Shown here: in pieces, positions 59,501 to 64,000 of the stretch
Position numbering within the stretch: position 1 is the stretch's first letter
Layout: the number at the start of each line of letters is the position of its first letter
Source of the DNA: Cyanophora paradoxa CCMP329
Taxonomy: Eukaryota > Plantae > Glaucophyta
Assembly (NCBI GenBank): GCA_004431415.1
Contig: QPMI01000059.1
Location: 1 to 64,000 of the forward strand
DNA: 64,000 bases
Direction: 5' to 3'
Program-made: the position numbers and the translations under genes
Notes under the pieces: generated by a model
Databases searched by the model: none
What the model saw: only the letters and a program-made list of their open reading frames with translations
What the model was told of the DNA's origin: nothing

Positions 59501-60811
59501 CGTCACGCGAGCGCATCGCTACAATATGCATTTGAGATCGTTTTAAAGCTTTCCGCAAGCTCTGCGGGCGCGACAGCGCACGACAACCCAGCCGACGCCA
59601 AAAATTCGATCCTGGCCACGCCTGCACATCTTTCCGCGCGCGCTCGCCTCCGCAGCCCCGCACATCGATGCTATATGCATTCGAGATTCTGTTTAAGCGA
59701 TTGGCAAGCTCTGTGCATGCGCCTGGCCGCGAGAACCTCGCCCCTCCCGGGCCTCCTTCCCAACAATATTATAAAAATAAACTCCTCAAATTAGATTCGA
59801 TCCTGGACGGACCTGCACAGCTTTCCGCGCGCCCTCGCATCCTCACACGAGCGCATCGCTACAATATTCAGATGAGATTAAAGCTTTTCGCAAGCTCTGC
59901 GGGCGCGACAAGGCACGAGAATTCGAACCCAGCCAACGCAAAAATTCGATCCTGAACGGGCCTGCACAGCTTTCCGCGCGCCCTCGCCTCCGCAGCCCTG
60001 CACATTGATACTATATGCATTCGACGTTCTGTTTAAGCGATTCGCAAGCTCTGCGCATGCGCCTGGCTGCGAGAACCTCGCCCCTCCCGGGCCTAGGCCT
60101 CCCCCCCAACAATATATTAATAATACTAAATTAATCCGGTTCGACTCCTCCCCTAGCGTTACCGGTTCAACTCCTCCCCTAGTTATAATTAATTATATAT
60201 TCCCTCTCCTCATTACATTGCTCCCTGGCCAGCGAGCTCTCCATCGAGCTGGCTATCGCGGGCCAGCCCATTGCCGCAGTACCACGGTGCCAAGCCGGCG
60301 AAACCCGGCCATGCAGCTGGGCGCGCGCCGGCGGGGCTGCACCTGGCCGCCTACTGTGACAGCCGCGCGGGCGTCCGCGAGGCTTCGCCGTACTTAGTGC
60401 TCCGCAGGAGCACGGATCTTGTTTTAAATGCATATCATAGTATTAATTTAGCCAGTCCTCAGGGCCTCCTCTGGCATGGGGCGGAACTCCGCCGCCGCCG
60501 CTGCTAGCGCTGACGAGTCGCCCTCATCGCTTTCGCTGGGCGGAGGGCTCGAAGAGCTCGCTACAACGCTAGCGCTAGCTGCAGGCTGCCGTTGAAACGA
60601 GATGTTGCCGTCGGCCCCCTTGCCGATGGTCGTCTGCACGCTCTTGCTCTTGGGCGGCATGCCGGATGATGCCGCTGGCCTTATGATTGCGAACGCAGGC
60701 GTCGGCCCCCCCCCTCCTCCCCCCCCCCGCCAGGGCTTGAGCCGGCTTGAGCCGGCCAAAAGCCGGGCACAAGCCCTTGGCTCAAGGGCTTGACCGCAAG
60801 CCGCAGGCCTA
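56551..60811. mobile_element. Non-autonomous hAT-type element (~580 bp without the nested E4)
   Basis: 8-bp TSD TGCATATG at 56543-56550 and 60812-60819. TIRs TAGGGGTGCGGCTTGC and TAGGCCTGCGGCTTGC (14/16 match). Dense subterminal CAAGCC/GGCTTG motifs at both ends. An 8-bp TSD with YAGG-starting TIRs is typical of hAT. Confidence 0.85.
56744..60421 (+). mobile_element. Non-autonomous Helentron/Helitron2-like element, dimer (E4; halves join at 58715/58716), opposite orientation, nested in the hAT element
   Basis: Begins TCAGGCGAAGCCTCTT TCAGGCCAAGCCTCTT TCTCAAACCC and ends GAGGCTTCGCCGTACTTAGTGCTCCGCAGGAGCACGGATCTTG followed by TTTT. Inferred site GCAAAA|TTTTAA. Many ~150-bp internal repeats marked by AAAATTCGATCCT. 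Confidence 0.85.
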
Positions 60812-60911
60812 TGCATATGCGCCCCCTAATCAACGCATTAATTCGGGACCGGCTGACCGCATTAAATATCGAAACGCTAACAAAACTGCGGTCTAGTATA
60901 CTAGTACTGGG

Positions 60912-61110
60912 CTTAAATTGCCGTGGAGTAAAATTGCCGAATTCCGAGTTCGCCTAAAACCGAAATTGCCGTGGCGATAAATTGCCGAATCCAGTTCCGC
61001 TCTATGGCGCGCTAAGGAAATACCTACCCCCGAGCGATTGCCGCGGTGCTAAATTGCCGAGTTAAATTCGGCCTCTCGGCAATTTACGGCAACTTAAACA
61101 AATACGGCTA
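60912..61110. repeat. Cluster of AAATTGCCG motifs (also at 53145-53205), possibly subterminal repeats of a still older element
   Basis: AAATTGCCG-like words occur about six times, then in inverted form (CGGCAATTT, CGGCAACTT) near 61077-61096. The same words occur left of the nested pile. Confidence 0.5.
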
Positions 61111-61822
61111 CATTAAAAAAGATCCGGATCCGGACTCCGGAAATCGATCAGGGAATCATCCGACGCCGCCGAGTCGATCGCGATCCGAAATTCCGAATCG
61201 CCTTCAATCGCAAATTTGCAATCCGGGATCGATATCCGATGATCGTTCAACGGTTCGAATCCGGGATCCGAACTTCGATTCCGAAGTGTTAACTTAGTAA
61301 CGTTCTCCGAGGTTCAGCACTACCGATTAGTTTTTCGCAAGTGAATCCAAGGTTTTTTGCCCGAGGCGCAGCCAACGGGCGCTTTGGGGCGGCCCTGTGT
61401 CATTGGCCTGTGATGAAGGCCCGGCCCGGGCCGCCCGGCCCTGTCACAGGCTGTCATCTTAGACTCATCTACAGCGCTAGCCTACAGGCTACAGGCTACA
61501 TGTACAGCCTACAGCTTCTACAGCCTGTGGGCCCTAGACCCCAAGCCTAGTACCGGTAGGCGGCTGTAGGCCTGGCTGTTCGCCTGGCTATATCGCAACG
61601 CGTACGGTACCGGTATCGCCTCGCGCCGCGAGTCGCCGAGTCGCGCGACTCGCGCCGCGTCGGCGTCGACTCGCGATCGGCGTCCGACGGTCGAGTCGGC
61701 GATCGCCTCGTGAGTCGCGAACTTCAGACTCTCTGAGAACTCGGAACTTTTTCGGAATGTCTCACGGTCTCTGACTCGAGCTCGCGATGATCGGTTTTCA
61801 TTACGCATGGTCGCGCCGTGGC

Positions 61823-63602
61823 ATGCGCATGCGCGGCTGCAGCAGCAGCAGCAGCAGTCGCTGCCGCGCCGAGTGCAAAGGCGCTTCCGAAGTTCGCAAT
61901 TGCGAGATGCATATGCGCATGCCCGTCGATGCGGAGGCGCTGCGCCGGGCGCTCATGAACAGCGGGGGGACCTCTACGTATACGTCTAGATCTCGGCCTC
62001 GGCGCCCCCCGCGGCGCCTTTCGAGCGACGACCGCGAGGATGAAACCGAAGGCGATTGCGAGGCTGAGGGCGTCGACCCGCCGAGCCTGGAGACAGCGTC
62101 GACCAGCCCCAGCTGCAGCAGCGAAGAGTGCGAGACGGCGCCGGCACCGGACGCGTGGACGCCCGCGCGCTCCAGCTGCTACCATATGCATGGCCATATG
62201 CATGGCCAGCCCCCCTCCGACGAGCTGATCATGTGCATGATCATGAGGCGCGATCGATATCGCGACGTGCGCTTCCAAGCCATGCCCGCAGTCTGCGGTC
62301 GCCTCGTCGACATGGTTTGCCCCCCTCGCGAGCGGCGGGTTCCGATCACGAATCTTTAAGCCACTAGCCTAGTAGCGTTTTAGTTTATTCCAACTCCTGA
62401 TGTTGACGTTGGTTGGACGTGATTCAGATTTGGAGGGCAATCGTGGCGACGCCGACAGCGAAGCAGCCGACGTCGCGTGGGCTGTTCGGGCGTGTTCGGG
62501 GCACACAAGCGGCCTGTGGCGTGGGGCGGATTGTGGGGGCAGCCCTCGGGATTGCAGGGACGGGTCGTATGCATCCAACCGCCGTCAGTTTTGCCCAGTA
62601 CGAGGTGCCATATGCATCAGTGCTGTGTCCCTGCTTCAAACGTTGCGTCGAGTTTTATTTTCTGATCATGAGCGTTTGCCTCATGATCAGCTTCTTCACA
62701 ACGCCCTTCACCGGGCCGTTACCATGGATGATGTCTGGTCCCTGGGCGACGCTAGCGCCCTTGCGAAAGCGAATTTCGAGGTGGACGCGCGCGGCACCGG
62801 CGCTTTTTCTCGCCCTACATTCGAGAAATCGATCCTCGACCTCGTTTACGCTTTGATTGCCGCAACCGCCCGCACACCGCCCCTCATTCTCTCCATCCGC
62901 TGCATCGCCGCCGGCGCCGGCCTCCCCGACGACCTCCCCACCGCCTTCCTCTTCTGCATTGCCCAGGTTTGAATTCTCTGTTAACGTTGGCTTACGTGCA
63001 ACCCCTCATGATCACCTAACAATATTCTATCAGACAATCACGACGGGTTCTCCGCCGTGGCCCGCGGCCGCTCTCCGCGCCTCTTCGAATCTCTCGGGAT
63101 TCAGCCGCGCGCACGAGACCGACACCGCTTCCGTTGACGTCGATCCTTCGAATCCCCCGCTCCGCCTTCGTTCGATATTCGGTGCGTGTACATTTACGCC
63201 ACGTTTTTATTCGATTTCTGAGTAACTTCGAACCGAACAATTGTTTTTGGCTCCTTCGGCCTCTCACCGGTGTTTGTCCACGCAGGCGTACCCGTCGGGG
63301 CCTGCTCCCCGCGGGGCGTTCCGCGCATTTTGAGCGAGCACCAGCTCCCAGCTACTACGTACCCCGGCGCCGGCCTTCGTCCCGCCTCCATCGATATCGC
63401 GCCTCTGGAGCAGTCCCCTCGCTCCGGACCCGGAATCGTCTCCTCTTCCGCCTGCAACGGGCGGGTCGGCCTGCAGCGAGCGGCCCTCGAGAACCGTCTC
63501 AGGGGCCTCCTGCGTGGCCCGGCCCCGCGCAAGCCCCGCTCCCCCTCCAGCCCCCACGTACACGATGTCCATGCCATGGCAATGATGTATACTTTGCAGT
63601 AA
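61823..63602 (+). CDS. Hypothetical protein, about 5 exons; start uncertain
   Basis: Four long plus-strand ORF segments are separated by AT-richer GT..AG intron-like gaps (about 62340-62428, 62604-62690, 62967-63033, 63182-63285). Stop at 63602, followed by AT-rich UTR-like sequence. No domain recognised with confidence. Confidence 0.55.
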
Positions 63603-64000
63603 TTTGAGGCAGATCTAGATCTAGCTATAGATATCGATTTACGTAGCAATGTATAGCTAACTTCAAGGCTTAGTAAATCGTCGTGTCTATTTGTTCACGG
63701 TCAAGTTTCGTATACGTAGCTCTACATCATACACAGCTCATACACGTCGTACAGAGTATCTTCCGTTTTTTCGCATTGTGTCTGCATCTGAATCAGTCCA
63801 TAATCAGTCCACAATTATATAATCGCGTCCTTTGTTCTTCGCGTCCATAATCAGTATTTCCAACGGTCTCCAGTTCTCAGTTTAGCCCTTTTGAATCGCA
63901 CCTTAAGTACTAGTACTGCGATGTATCAAGGGCATCAATCGCGATGTATATGGAAGCTGCTCGAGCTCGCTGAGTCATTGATCGCGACGTGCCTCGGTTC

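Larger units (their letters stand above)
53319..60888. mobile_element. Putative older TIR element (~0.7 kb once nested insertions are removed) enclosing E3 and the hAT MITE
   Basis: Left end CAGTTTCTTAGCGTTTCGATATTAATGC; right end reverse complement CAGTTTTGTTAGCGTTTCGATATTTAATGC. Subterminal GCATTAAT/ATTAATGC words occur at both ends. No TSD is recognisable. Confidence 0.55.

Noticed and set aside
1-64000. rRNA, tRNA or other structured RNA genes; an alternative genetic code
   Set aside because: No recognisable rRNA or tRNA sequence was seen by eye. In the places I checked, in-frame stops are explained by introns under the standard code.

Overview
Eukaryotic nuclear DNA, very GC-rich and intron-dense (many 45-100 nt introns with C-runs and a GTACCCC motif on the sense strand). 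It looks like an algal or protist genome; a glaucophyte such as Cyanophora is only a guess from style. Most of the six-frame ORFs are exon fragments or spurious. Seven genes can be pieced together by eye: an ASNSD1-like gene (5' end not visible), an F-box/LRR gene, a large F-box-LRR-ankyrin gene, an FN3-domain gene (minus strand), a 2H-phosphoesterase gene, a ~16.5 kb gene that appears to fuse a catalytically degenerate patatin domain to a full-size PDR-type ABCG transporter, and a hypothetical gene. The repeat content is: an 11-copy, ~630-bp tandem array of the promoter, exon 1 and F-box exon of the F-box-ankyrin gene; four copies of a non-autonomous Helentron/Helitron2-like family, all dimers whose structure fits self-insertion, with ~149-bp internal tandem repeats; and a nested transposon pile at 53-61 kb including a hAT-type MITE with an 8-bp TSD. 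The strongest candidates for novelty are the pseudo-patatin-ABCG fusion, the dimeric rolling-circle-type elements and the F-box first-exon array. All gene models are manual and unverified by transcripts or database searches.
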